A stretch of DNA of 64,000 bases from Candidatus Binatia bacterium. GTDB taxonomy: Bacteria; Methylomirabilota; Methylomirabilia; Rokubacteriales; CSP1-6. This document shows positions 46,767 to 55,775 of this stretch, in pieces (position 1 is the stretch's first letter; every line of letters starts with the position of its first letter). Location of the stretch: contig DASPZZ010000190.1 in assembly GCA_035635995.1 (NCBI GenBank), positions 47-64,046 of the forward strand, written 5' to 3'. The notes under the pieces were generated by a model. The model was not told the origin of the DNA, did not search any database, and saw nothing but the letters and a program-made list of their open reading frames with translations. The position numbers were made by a program, and so were the translations under genes.

Positions 46767-46883
46767 AACAATAAGAATTTACTTGGCCAGGGACTGGCCA
46801 CGGAGGTGAGAGGACCCGAAGCCAGACCTCCCGATCTCAGGGACTTAAAAGACAATTCTATAAATTGCCTGTGCTGGTTAAAG

Positions 46884-46899
46884 TGGCATCCGGCTTGCT
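46884..46899 (+). promoter_or_regulatory. Sigma54 (-24/-12) promoter for the GAF-GGDEF pair
   Basis: TGGCATCCGGCTTGCT fits TGGCAC-N5-TTGC(A/T) with exact GG-N10-GC spacing; AT-rich tract just upstream. Confidence 0.7.
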
Positions 46900-47027
46900 T
46901 AGGTGTGTATCGTATCAGTCTGAGCTCGGAGTTTCCGGACCCGAGCTCTTGGAGGCGACGGAATGCGCGCGGCGGACGCGGTGGCCGGCAGCGAGCCCTG
47001 CAGCAATCGGAGCTACCGACGTTGAAC

Positions 47028-48059
47028 ATGACCCAGGCGTTCAGAGAGCTCGTGCAGATCGGGATCACTCTGACCAGTGAGCAGGACCTCGGAACTCTGC
47101 TCGAGCGCATCCTCACCGAGGCCCGCCGGTTCACGCGCGCCGAGGCCGGCACCTTGTTCCTCCGGGAAGGCGACCAGCTTCGCTTTTCCGTCGTCCAGAA
47201 CGACAAGCTCGCGAAGGAACTCGGTCAGGAGGAGATGCGCCGCCGCCTCCAGGCCGAGCCCCTGAATCTCCGGGAGCTAAGCCTCGCGGGTCACGTCGCC
47301 CTCACCGGCGACATTCTCAATCTGCACGACACCTACATGATCCCGCCGGACCGGCCATACTCGTTCGACTCCAGCGTCGACGCGCGCCTGAACTACCGCA
47401 CCCAGTCGATTCTGGTGGTCCCGCTCCAGGACCCGGCGAACAACATCCTCGGCGTCCTCGAGCTGATCAACGCCCTGGACCGAGGACGCGTCGTGCCCTT
47501 CGATTCGCAGTACGAAAGCCTCGTGCGCTCGCTGGCGTCGCAGGCCGCGGTCGCGCTGCGCAACGCCAGACTGGAGGATCTCTCGTTCAAGGACGCGCTG
47601 ACGGACGTGTACAACCGTCGCTACTTCACGATCCGGATGCAGGAGGAGTTCAAGCGCCATTGCCGCTTCGGTGAGCCGCTCTCGCTGGCCCTGGCCGACC
47701 TCGACCACTTCAAGGACGTCAACGACCGCTTCGGCCACCGGGCCGGCGATCAGGCCCTGCGCGACGTCGCCCAGATCCTGGTGAAGCACTCCCGCAGCTT
47801 CAGCATCGTCACGCGCTACGGCGGCGACGAGTTCGCGATCATCCTCGTGAACACGGCCAAGGATGGGGGCCTCACCTACGCGGAGCGCATTCGTGGCGTC
47901 ATCGAGCAGCATTCGTTCCCGCACGGGCCGGTCACCGTCAGCCTCGGCGTCGCCAGCCTCCCGGAGAACGCCACGACGGTCGACGACCTCGTCGTCGCCG
48001 CCGACCAGGCCCTGTACGATGCCAAGCATCTGGGCCGGAATCGAGTCGCCGTCCCGTGA
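47028..48059 (+). CDS. GAF-GGDEF diguanylate cyclase (intact active site)
   Basis: DALTDVYNRRYF, DLDHFKDVNDRFGH, RYGGDEF; no RxxD I-site (RSFS). Confidence 0.93.
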   Translation: MTQAFRELVQIGITLTSEQDLGTLLERILTEARRFTRAEAGTLFLREGDQLRFSVVQNDKLAKELGQEEMRRRLQAEPLNLRELSLAGHVALTGDILNLHDTYMIPPDRPYSFDSSVDARLNYRTQSILVVPLQDPANNILGVLELINALDRGRVVPFDSQYESLVRSLASQAAVALRNARLEDLSFKDALTDVYNRRYFTIRMQEEFKRHCRFGEPLSLALADLDHFKDVNDRFGHRAGDQALRDVAQILVKHSRSFSIVTRYGGDEFAIILVNTAKDGGLTYAERIRGVIEQHSFPHGPVTVSLGVASLPENATTVDDLVVAADQALYDAKHLGRNRVAVP

Positions 48060-49114
48060 GCCCGTCGACGATGCTCGGCCGCGAACAACTCCTGGAGGAG
48101 CTCCTCGAGATCGGCCTCGCGCTCACCACCGAGCGCGATCTCTACGCGCTGCTCGAACGCGTTCTGGAGGCGGCGCGCCGGTTCACGCGGGCCGAGGCCG
48201 GCACGCTGTTCCTGCGCGAGGGCAACCACCTGCGGTTCGCGGTGGTCCAGAACGATTTCCTCCAGCGGAAGCTGGGCACCCTCGAGCTGCAGCAGCGGCT
48301 CCAGGCCGAGCCGCTTCGCTTGACCGAGCCGAGCCTCGTCGGCCACGTCGCGCAGACCGGCCAGCTCGTCAACATCGCCGACGCGTACGCGCTCGGCGCG
48401 CACGAGACGCGCGCCCTCAACCCGCGGTTCGACGCCGCCAGCGACTACTCGACGCGCTCGGTGCTGGCTGTTCCGCTGCAAGACCTCACCGGGAGCATCG
48501 TCGGGGTGCTCGAGCTCCTGAACGCCCTCGACGAGTCCGGCGCGATCGTTCCGTTCGAGCCCGACGACGAGAAGCTGATCCGGGCGCTCGCCTCCCAGGC
48601 TGCGGTCGCGATCCGCAACGCGCGACTCGAGAATCTCTCGTTCAAGGACGCCTCGACCGAGCTCTACAACCGCCGCTACTTCGACCTGCGGATCGACGAA
48701 GAGGTCAAGCGTCATACCCGGTTCGGCCACCCCCTGTCGCTCGTCGTCCTGAACATCGATCACTTCAAGCAGCTCGACGCGGACCACGGTGGTGCGGCGG
48801 GCGACGAGGTGCTCCGGGAGGTGGCGCGGCTGTTGCTCAAGCATTCCCGGAGCTTCACCATCATCGCCCGCCTCGACGGCGACGGGTTCGCGGCGCTGCT
48901 CGCCAACACACCCAAGGCCGGCGCCGTCACCTACTCGCAGCGGATCCGTGGCGTCATCGCGACCCATCCGTTCGCGCACGGGACGATCACCGCGAGCTTC
49001 GGCGTCGCCGGCCTCCCCGCTGACGCGGCCTCGGCGGACGACCTGATCGCGGCGGCCCAGCGGGCACTGAACGAGGCGAAACGGCTCGGCCGGAACCGCG
49101 TCACCGCGCTCTGA
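48056..49114 (+). CDS. GAF-GGDEF protein with degenerate active site
   Basis: Paralog of upstream gene; NIDHFKQLDADHGG and RLDGDGF replace catalytic residues; alternative start 48071. Confidence 0.9.
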   Translation: MSPSTMLGREQLLEELLEIGLALTTERDLYALLERVLEAARRFTRAEAGTLFLREGNHLRFAVVQNDFLQRKLGTLELQQRLQAEPLRLTEPSLVGHVAQTGQLVNIADAYALGAHETRALNPRFDAASDYSTRSVLAVPLQDLTGSIVGVLELLNALDESGAIVPFEPDDEKLIRALASQAAVAIRNARLENLSFKDASTELYNRRYFDLRIDEEVKRHTRFGHPLSLVVLNIDHFKQLDADHGGAAGDEVLREVARLLLKHSRSFTIIARLDGDGFAALLANTPKAGAVTYSQRIRGVIATHPFAHGTITASFGVAGLPADAASADDLIAAAQRALNEAKRLGRNRVTAL

Positions 49115-49202
49115 GGCCCCGTCGTGGCGTCCTGGAACGCCACCCGCGCTTGACTTGGATCGGGATCGTGTGTCATTAGGTTCCGCATCGAGGAGGAACC
49201 CG

Positions 49203-49883
49203 ATGAGCAAGAGCCCGTTCCGCGCACAGCTGGAAGCCGCCGTCAGCGCCCGACACAGCCGCCTGAACCCCTTCACCGAGAAGTGGGTCAAGGGCGAGCT
49301 GACGCGTGCCCAGCTCGGCGCCTGGGCGGCCCAGCACTATCAGTACGTCTCGCAGTTCGCGCGCTGGTGCGCCACCGTGTACGGCGAGTGTCCGGACCCG
49401 GACGCTCGGGACTTCCTGCTCGAGAACATCATCGAGGAAGAATCCGGCACCAAACACGTCGACCTGCTGATCCGCTTCGCGGAGGCGTGCGGCGTCTCCC
49501 GCACCGAGGTGGAGTCGAAGCAGCAGCTCCCGACGACCCGCGGGCTCACCGCGTGGTGCTTCGAGATGTCTCACCAGCCGTTCCACATCGCGGCGGCCGG
49601 GCTCCTCGTCGGGCTCGAATCCCAGGTGCCGGGCATCTACCAGCGCAACCTGCCGCCGCTCAAGGCGCACTACGGCTTCACGGATCACGAGGTCGAGTTC
49701 TTCGCGATCCACATCGAGGCGGACGAGGTCCACGGCGAGCGCGGCTACCAGATCGTCGAACGGCATTGCACGACCGCCGCGCGGCAGGCGGAGGCGGTCG
49801 ACGCGGTCCGCCAGGCGACCGAGATGCGCTGGCAATACATGACCGGCCTCTATCGCGCCTTCGTCGCGAAGGAGGAGATGTGA
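49203..49883 (+). CDS. CADD/PqqC/TenA-like heme-oxygenase-fold dimetal oxidase (HDO)
   Basis: ENIIEEESGTKH, GLESQVP, HIEADEVH ligand set; AGGAGGA RBS. Confidence 0.88.
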   Translation: MSKSPFRAQLEAAVSARHSRLNPFTEKWVKGELTRAQLGAWAAQHYQYVSQFARWCATVYGECPDPDARDFLLENIIEEESGTKHVDLLIRFAEACGVSRTEVESKQQLPTTRGLTAWCFEMSHQPFHIAAAGLLVGLESQVPGIYQRNLPPLKAHYGFTDHEVEFFAIHIEADEVHGERGYQIVERHCTTAARQAEAVDAVRQATEMRWQYMTGLYRAFVAKEEM

Positions 49884-50188
49884 GTCGCTGCCGTGTCGCC
49901 CGCCTGGAGAATCTCGCGGTCGGCCAGCTGACGCTGGTCGAGGCCGACGGCACGCGGGTCGTGCTGGCGCGCGTGAAGGACGACGTCTTCGCGTGCAGCG
50001 ACGAGTGCAGCCACCAGGGCGGCCCTCTCAGCGAGGGCCGGCTCTCCGGCACCCGGCTCGCCTGTCCCTGGCACGGCTGGATGTACGACGTGAAGTCCGG
50101 TGAATGCATGATGCCCACACGCGGCGGGCGGGTGGCGACCTATCCGGTGACGATCGAAGCCGGAGAAGTCTGGGTGGAGGTTCCCTGA
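49880..50188 (+). CDS. Rieske [2Fe-2S] ferredoxin
   Basis: CSHQGGPL...CPWHGW; GTGA overlap with HDO gene. Confidence 0.92.
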   Translation: MSRCRVARLENLAVGQLTLVEADGTRVVLARVKDDVFACSDECSHQGGPLSEGRLSGTRLACPWHGWMYDVKSGECMMPTRGGRVATYPVTIEAGEVWVEVP

Positions 50189-50189
50189 C

Positions 50190-50612
50190 ATGGCGCTCAC
50201 CCGAGAGCGGGCGCGCGCGAGCATCGAACGCGGCTTCGCCACCGCGCGGGCGCTCGGCTTCAAGGTCGCCATCGCCGTCGTGGACGACGCCGGCCACCTG
50301 GTCGTCTGCGATCGCATGGACGGCGCCCTCTGGGTGACGCCCGAGATCGCGCGTGCGAAGGCCAACGCGGCGGCCGCCTTTCACGCGACGACGCTCGATC
50401 TGGAAGAGCGGTTCGCCAAGCGCCAGCTCTTCGCCGACAACGTCGCGACGCTCGGCGACTACCGCTTCGTCTTCGGCAAGGGCGCGGTTCCGCTCGTGGA
50501 GGACGGGCGGATCGTCGGCGCGGTGGGCGTGAGCGGCGCCGTCCCCGCCGACAACGACCACACGATCGCGGACGCGGCCGCCGGCCATCCCGTCCTCCCT
50601 CGCAGCCACTAG
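50190..50612 (+). CDS. GlcG/HbpS family heme-binding protein
   Basis: VAIAVVDDAGHL..DRMDGA, ARAKA, IVGAVGVSGA...DH. Confidence 0.9.
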   Translation: MALTRERARASIERGFATARALGFKVAIAVVDDAGHLVVCDRMDGALWVTPEIARAKANAAAAFHATTLDLEERFAKRQLFADNVATLGDYRFVFGKGAVPLVEDGRIVGAVGVSGAVPADNDHTIADAAAGHPVLPRSH

Positions 50613-50685
50613 GGGGGCGGGGGCGGCGGCGGCGGTCCCCACGGCCGGGTCCCCTGGTACCGCTTTCTGAGGTAAAGTGGCGGTC

Positions 50686-50844
50686 ATGCAGTTCGAGGTC
50701 GAAGTGCATCGGAACGAGCTCGGCGAATGGGTCGCGATCGCCGTCGCCTGGAACGTCCAGGCCACCGGACACACCGAGAACGAGGCGCTCGCCCGGATGA
50801 TGGACGCGCTGGCGCACCACTTCAAGGCCTCGTCACGGAAGTGA
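50686..50844 (+). CDS. 52-aa HicB-like small protein (not in ORF track)
   Basis: MQFEVEVHRNELGEWVAIAVAWNVQATGHTENEALARMMDALAHHFKASSRK*; GTGA overlap with next gene. Confidence 0.65.
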   Translation: MQFEVEVHRNELGEWVAIAVAWNVQATGHTENEALARMMDALAHHFKASSRK

Positions 50845-52025
50845 GCGGCGCGCTCTCCGGCCTGCGGGTCATCGACTGCTCTCGCTTGATCGCCGGCGGC
50901 GTGCTCGCGACGATCCTCGCCGACTACGGCGCCGACGTGATCAAGGTCGAGAATCCGCGCGGGGGCGATCCGCTACGGACGTGGCTCCGGGACCGGGGCG
51001 AGCTCTGGTGGAAGGTGTATGCGCGCGGCAAGCGTTCGGTCACGCTGAATCTCGCCCGCCCGCAAGGGCAGGCGCTCCTCCGGCGGCTGAGCCGGAGCGC
51101 CGACGTCTTGATCGAGAACTTCCTTCCCGGCACTTTCGAGAAGTGGGGCCTCGGCTGGAGCGTGCTCTCCCAAGAAAATCCACGGCTCGTCTTCGCCCGC
51201 GTGTCCGGCTGGGGCCAGGACGGCCCGTATCGCGACCGGCCCGGGTTCGGCACGATGGTCGAAGCGATGAGCGGCTTCGCGGCGTCGACGGGCCCGGCCG
51301 ACCGGCCGCCGACGCTCCCGTCGTTTCCGATGGCCGACATGGTCGCCGCACTCTCGGGCACGGCCGCGGTCCTGGCCGCTCTGCGGCACCGCGATCACGC
51401 TTCCGGCCGAGGCCAGGTGATCGACATCTCCCTCTACGAGCCCTTGCTCTCCGTGCTGGGTCCGACCGCCGCCGAGTACGCGCTCGACCGCACGGTGCGG
51501 GCGCGCCACGGCAACCAGTCGGACAACGCGAGCCCGCGCGGCACCTATCAGACGCGCGACGGCAAGTGGGTCGCGCTGTCGGCGTCGACGCCCGCCTCGG
51601 CGACCGCGCTCTTCGAGGGGCTGGGCCTCCGGGGCCTTCTGAGCGACCCGCGGTTCGCGACCAACGACACGCGGGTCGCCCACAACGACCTCGTGGACGT
51701 GGCGCTCACGGGCGCCATCGGGGCACGCACGCTCGACGAGATGCTGCGTCTCTTCGAGACGATGGACCTCACGGCGTCCCCGGTCTACGACATTGCCGAC
51801 ATCACCAAGGACCCGCACGTGATTGCGCGCGGGATCCTCGTCGACGTTGCGGATCCCGAGCTCGGGACGGTGCGCATGACGGCGCCGACGCCGCGCCTGG
51901 GGGAGACGCCGGCGGCGATCCACTGGGCGGGACCCGCGCTCGGGGCGCACAACCACGAAGTCTACGGATCGCTCGGCCTGGACGAAGCCGAGCTCCACGC
52001 GCTTTCGCGCGACGGCGTCATCTGA
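50841..52025 (+). CDS. Family III CoA-transferase (CaiB/BaiF)
   Basis: DYGADVIKVE, RGKRS, ENFLPG, SGWGQDGPY, PMADMV. Confidence 0.93.
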   Translation: MSGALSGLRVIDCSRLIAGGVLATILADYGADVIKVENPRGGDPLRTWLRDRGELWWKVYARGKRSVTLNLARPQGQALLRRLSRSADVLIENFLPGTFEKWGLGWSVLSQENPRLVFARVSGWGQDGPYRDRPGFGTMVEAMSGFAASTGPADRPPTLPSFPMADMVAALSGTAAVLAALRHRDHASGRGQVIDISLYEPLLSVLGPTAAEYALDRTVRARHGNQSDNASPRGTYQTRDGKWVALSASTPASATALFEGLGLRGLLSDPRFATNDTRVAHNDLVDVALTGAIGARTLDEMLRLFETMDLTASPVYDIADITKDPHVIARGILVDVADPELGTVRMTAPTPRLGETPAAIHWAGPALGAHNHEVYGSLGLDEAELHALSRDGVI

Positions 52026-52921
52026 TGCGTCTCCGGGTCGGCGGGGCGGGGCGGAGGGGCACGAGTCTCTTCATGGGCCCCCTATTGCTCGTCGGGCTGC
52101 TCGGCGCGGGGTCGGCGTGGGGCGCCGATTATGGGGGACCGCTGATCGACGCCCACTCGCACGTGCCGAACGCCACCGCCATCGACGTGTACGTCGCGGC
52201 GATGAAGCGGCACAACGTCGTCAAGGTGGTGCTCCTCGGCGTCGGCGGTCTGCAGAAGGACGACACGGCCTGGCTGACGGCGGCGAGCAGGAAGTATCCC
52301 GACTACGTGGTTGCAGGCCTGCCCCTGCCCGACCCGACGTCCGAGAGCGCGGCGAGCCAGCTCGAGCTCCAGCTGAACCGGGGCCGGCCTCGAGTGATCG
52401 GCGAGGTCCACATGCGCCAGGTCGGCCGGCGCACGATCGATCGGGATCCAACCAGCGCCGCCTTCGGCAAGATCCTCGACGTGGCTGCGAAATTCGGCGT
52501 GCCGATCGTCATCCACTACGAGCTGACCGACGCGGCGGAAACCGCCCTCGATCGCGCGCTCGCCGCGCATCGAAAGGCCACGATCGTGCTCGCCCACGGC
52601 GGCGAAGGTCCGCCCGGCCGCCTCGACCGCCTGCTGCTGCGCAACCCCAATCTCTTCGTGGACCTCTCCGGCATGCACTTCCAGCGGACGCCCGCGCTGG
52701 CCTCCGAGACCGGCCCGCTCGATCCCGGCTGGAAGGCGCTGATCGAGAAGATGCCCGATCGCTTCCTGATGGGCGTGGACCTCTGGACGGCGCGGCTCTT
52801 CGAGCCGGTGATGCTCGATCGGCTCTCGCTCTGGACGCGACGGATCCTCGGCGAGCTCAAGCCCGACGTCGCCGAGCGCGTCGCGCATCGGAACGCCGCG
52901 AAGCTCTATCGCCTCGAGTAG
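52025..52921 (+). CDS. Exported amidohydrolase-family metalloprotein
   Basis: Hydrophobic signal; IDAHSH, IGEVH, IHYE, LAHGG, MGVD; start uncertain. Confidence 0.8.
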   Translation: MRLRVGGAGRRGTSLFMGPLLLVGLLGAGSAWGADYGGPLIDAHSHVPNATAIDVYVAAMKRHNVVKVVLLGVGGLQKDDTAWLTAASRKYPDYVVAGLPLPDPTSESAASQLELQLNRGRPRVIGEVHMRQVGRRTIDRDPTSAAFGKILDVAAKFGVPIVIHYELTDAAETALDRALAAHRKATIVLAHGGEGPPGRLDRLLLRNPNLFVDLSGMHFQRTPALASETGPLDPGWKALIEKMPDRFLMGVDLWTARLFEPVMLDRLSLWTRRILGELKPDVAERVAHRNAAKLYRLE

Positions 52922-54660
52922 TGACCGTGGCCGCCAACCCGTTCGCCGAGGCGACCGCGCGATCGCTGCTCGACGCCGCCGCCGCGCGCTGGGGCGAACG
53001 TCCGGCCATGGTGTTCGGCGACGCGCGCATCACATTCGCGCGATTCCGACAACAAGCGGAGGCGCTGGCCCGCGGCCTCTCGGCGCTCGGGATCGAGCAC
53101 GGTGACAAGGTCGCGATCTGGCTGCCCAACCGCCCGGCCTGGTTCTTCGCTCAGTACGCCTGCGCCACGATCGGCGCGATCGTCGTCGCTCTGAACCCGC
53201 GCTACAAGGCCCACGAGCTGACCTACATCCTCGGTCAGTCCGACACGAAGGCGCTGCTCCTGACCGATCATCTCGGCGGAATCGACTACCTCGAAACGCT
53301 CCACGAGGCGCTGCCCGGGCTGCCCGCTGCGGTTCCCGGCGAGCTCGCGTTCGAGAAATTCCGGGCGCTCCGTCACATCATCGTCGACGCCGACGACCCC
53401 TACGCGGGATGCCACAGACTCGCCGACATCTTGGATCTCGGCGCCGGCGAAGCGGGAGGGGCACGCGATCGGCGGAGTGGGACCCCCGAGTCCCGCCCGC
53501 AGCTCGAAGAGCGGCGCTCGGGCGAGTGGGTGACGGAGCCGATCGCGTGCCCCTCCCGCTTCGCCGGCGCCGAGCCCGATGACGTCTTCGCGATTCTGTA
53601 CACCTCGGGAACCACGTCGTTCCCGAAGGGCGCGATGATCACCCACCGGAACTGCGTCCCTCACGGGTGGAACATCGGCGAAGCGCTCGGGATGACGCCC
53701 GAGGACCGCGTGCTGCATGCGCTGCCGGCCGCGGGCACCTGGGGCGGTGTCAACATTCCACTCACGACCTGGAGTCACGGTGCCTGCCTGGTGCTGATGG
53801 ACGTCTGGGATCCCTTGCGCGCGCTCTCGCTGATCGAGCGCGAGGGCTGCACCGTGTGGAACGCGGTCGACACGATGGTCAAGGGCGTGCTCGAGCATCC
53901 CGACCTGGACCGTTACGATCGCTCGTCGCTGCGCACCGGCGGCCTCGGCTCCACCGGCGGCGGCGCCCACGGACTCTTCGAAGCGTTCGTGGAGCGGATC
54001 GGCGTGCGGCTCGGTTACGAGCCCTACGGCATGACCGAGATCAACGCGATGGCGATGCTCCACCACCTCGACGAGCCGCTCGCGCTGCGGAAGCTGCCGG
54101 GGATCAACCCCGCGCCCGGGCTCGAGGTCCGCGTGGTCCACCCGGACACCGGGGAGCCGTGCGCGCCCGGCCAGGAGGGCGAGCTGCAGTTCAGGGGCCC
54201 GCTGGTGACCCGCGGCTACTACCAGAAGCCGGAGGAGACCACGGCCGCCTTTACCGCCGACGGCTGGTTCCGCTCGGGCGACCTCGGCGTCGGAGATCGC
54301 GACGGCCACACGATCTTCAAGGGCCGGCTCCGGGAGACGCTCCGGATCAGCCACTTCATGGTCGCGCCCGGTGAGATCGAGGCGTTTCTCATGTCGCATC
54401 CCCAGATCGAGCAGGCGTTCGTCGTCGGCGTCCCCGACCCCAAGCTCAACGAGGCGCCCGTCGCGTACGTGATCGCGGCCGAAGGCTCACGGCTGACCGA
54501 GGATGAGCTCCGAGCGTTCTGCCGCGGCAAGATCGCCTCCTACAAAATTCCGACCGCCGTGCGGTTCGTCAAGGACGTGCCGCGCGCGCCCGGCCCGCAC
54601 GGCGACAAGGTCCAACGCGCCAAGCTCCGCACGCAGGCGATCAAGGAGGTTACACCATGA
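52921..54660 (+). CDS. AMP-binding acyl-CoA synthetase
   Basis: YTSGTTSFPKG, PYGMTE, GWFRSGDLG, KGR, APGEIE. Confidence 0.93.
   Translation: MTVAANPFAEATARSLLDAAAARWGERPAMVFGDARITFARFRQQAEALARGLSALGIEHGDKVAIWLPNRPAWFFAQYACATIGAIVVALNPRYKAHELTYILGQSDTKALLLTDHLGGIDYLETLHEALPGLPAAVPGELAFEKFRALRHIIVDADDPYAGCHRLADILDLGAGEAGGARDRRSGTPESRPQLEERRSGEWVTEPIACPSRFAGAEPDDVFAILYTSGTTSFPKGAMITHRNCVPHGWNIGEALGMTPEDRVLHALPAAGTWGGVNIPLTTWSHGACLVLMDVWDPLRALSLIEREGCTVWNAVDTMVKGVLEHPDLDRYDRSSLRTGGLGSTGGGAHGLFEAFVERIGVRLGYEPYGMTEINAMAMLHHLDEPLALRKLPGINPAPGLEVRVVHPDTGEPCAPGQEGELQFRGPLVTRGYYQKPEETTAAFTADGWFRSGDLGVGDRDGHTIFKGRLRETLRISHFMVAPGEIEAFLMSHPQIEQAFVVGVPDPKLNEAPVAYVIAAEGSRLTEDELRAFCRGKIASYKIPTAVRFVKDVPRAPGPHGDKVQRAKLRTQAIKEVTP
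53437..53574. repeat. 37-bp perfect inverted repeat with 64-bp spacer, in frame inside the acyl-CoA synthetase
   Basis: CTCGGCGCCGGCGAAGCGGGAGGGGCACGCGATCGGC (53437-53473) and its exact reverse complement (53538-53574); total 138 bp. Confidence 0.95.
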
Positions 54661-55775
54661 CCTTCCGCACCGCGCTGTGCGGGCTGCTCGGCATCGAGTA
54701 TCCGATCGTCCAGTCCGGCATGGGCGCTATCGCCGGGCCGGACCTCGTGGCGGAGGTGTGCCGGGCTGGAGGCCTCGGTATCCTGGCCGGCCTCAACGTC
54801 GTCCCCGACGATCTTCGGACGATGATCCGCCGCGTCCGCGAGCTGACCGATCGGCCGTTCGGCGTGAATCTCTGGCTGCACCGGGCGCTCCGACCGCCGA
54901 TCGATCCCGACGCGATCGGCGAGGAGACGGTGCGCGGCGCTCAGGGGATGCTCAACCGATTCCGCCAGCACCTGGGCATCCCGACGACGATGGCCCGACC
55001 CGGCCGGGCGCCCGATCTCGTGGATGCCGCGGTCGACGTCGTGCTCGAGGAGCGGCCGCCGGTCTTCTCGGCCGCGCTGGGATGGCTCGAGCCCGGGCTG
55101 GTGGAGGACTGCCGCGGGCGCGGCATCAAGGTCATGGCCATGGTCTCGACCGTGGAGGACGCGCGCACCGCCGCCGCCGGCGGCGCCGACGTGATCGTGG
55201 CTCAGGGAGGCGAGGCGGGCGGCCATCGGTCGATCGACGGCAAGCCGGCGTCACCCGAAGCGACCACGGTGGGGATCATGGCCTTGCTGCCGCAGGTCGT
55301 CGACGCGGTGCGGGTGCCCGTCGTGGCCGCCGGCGGGATCGCCGACGGCCGCGGGCTCGTCGCCGCCCTCGCCCTCGGCGCGAGCGGCGTCCTGCTGGGA
55401 ACGCGTTTCGTGGCCACGCGCGAATCGATGGCCCCCGAGCTCTACAAGAAGCGGCTGCTCGAGAGCGAGAGCGGTACCACCACGCTGACGGACACCCTCA
55501 GCGGCCTCTGGGCGCGCGCACTCGCCAATCGCTTCACGCGCGAGTACGCCGAGTCGGGCGCGCCCGTGCTGCCGCCGCTCATTCAGCGCAGCGCCGCCAA
55601 CGACGTCTACATCGCGGCGCTCAAGCAGGGCGACGCCGACTATTACCCGATGATGGCCGGCCAGAGCGTCGGTCTCGTCCGCGACCTGCCCGGCGCGGGC
55701 GAAGTGGTCCAGACCATCATCCGCGAGGCCCGCGCCGTGCTGAGCGCGCTTCCCGAGCGGATCCGCCAGGCCTAG
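54657..55775 (+). CDS. Nitronate monooxygenase / enoyl-ACP reductase-like FMN enzyme
   Basis: YPIVQSGMG, AQGGEAGGH, AAGGIADGRG, LGTRF, MAGQS. Confidence 0.92.
   Translation: MTFRTALCGLLGIEYPIVQSGMGAIAGPDLVAEVCRAGGLGILAGLNVVPDDLRTMIRRVRELTDRPFGVNLWLHRALRPPIDPDAIGEETVRGAQGMLNRFRQHLGIPTTMARPGRAPDLVDAAVDVVLEERPPVFSAALGWLEPGLVEDCRGRGIKVMAMVSTVEDARTAAAGGADVIVAQGGEAGGHRSIDGKPASPEATTVGIMALLPQVVDAVRVPVVAAGGIADGRGLVAALALGASGVLLGTRFVATRESMAPELYKKRLLESESGTTTLTDTLSGLWARALANRFTREYAESGAPVLPPLIQRSAANDVYIAALKQGDADYYPMMAGQSVGLVRDLPGAGEVVQTIIREARAVLSALPERIRQA

Noticed and set aside
49203-49883. PqqC or pABA-synthase assignment
   Set aside because: No pqq genes or precursor peptide seen; residues recalled as the CADD sacrificial Tyr and Lys are replaced.
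55717-55775. 59-bp convergent overlap of HxlR and nitronate monooxygenase
   Set aside because: A low-complexity C-terminal run-on typical of GC-rich genomes; no evidence of function.
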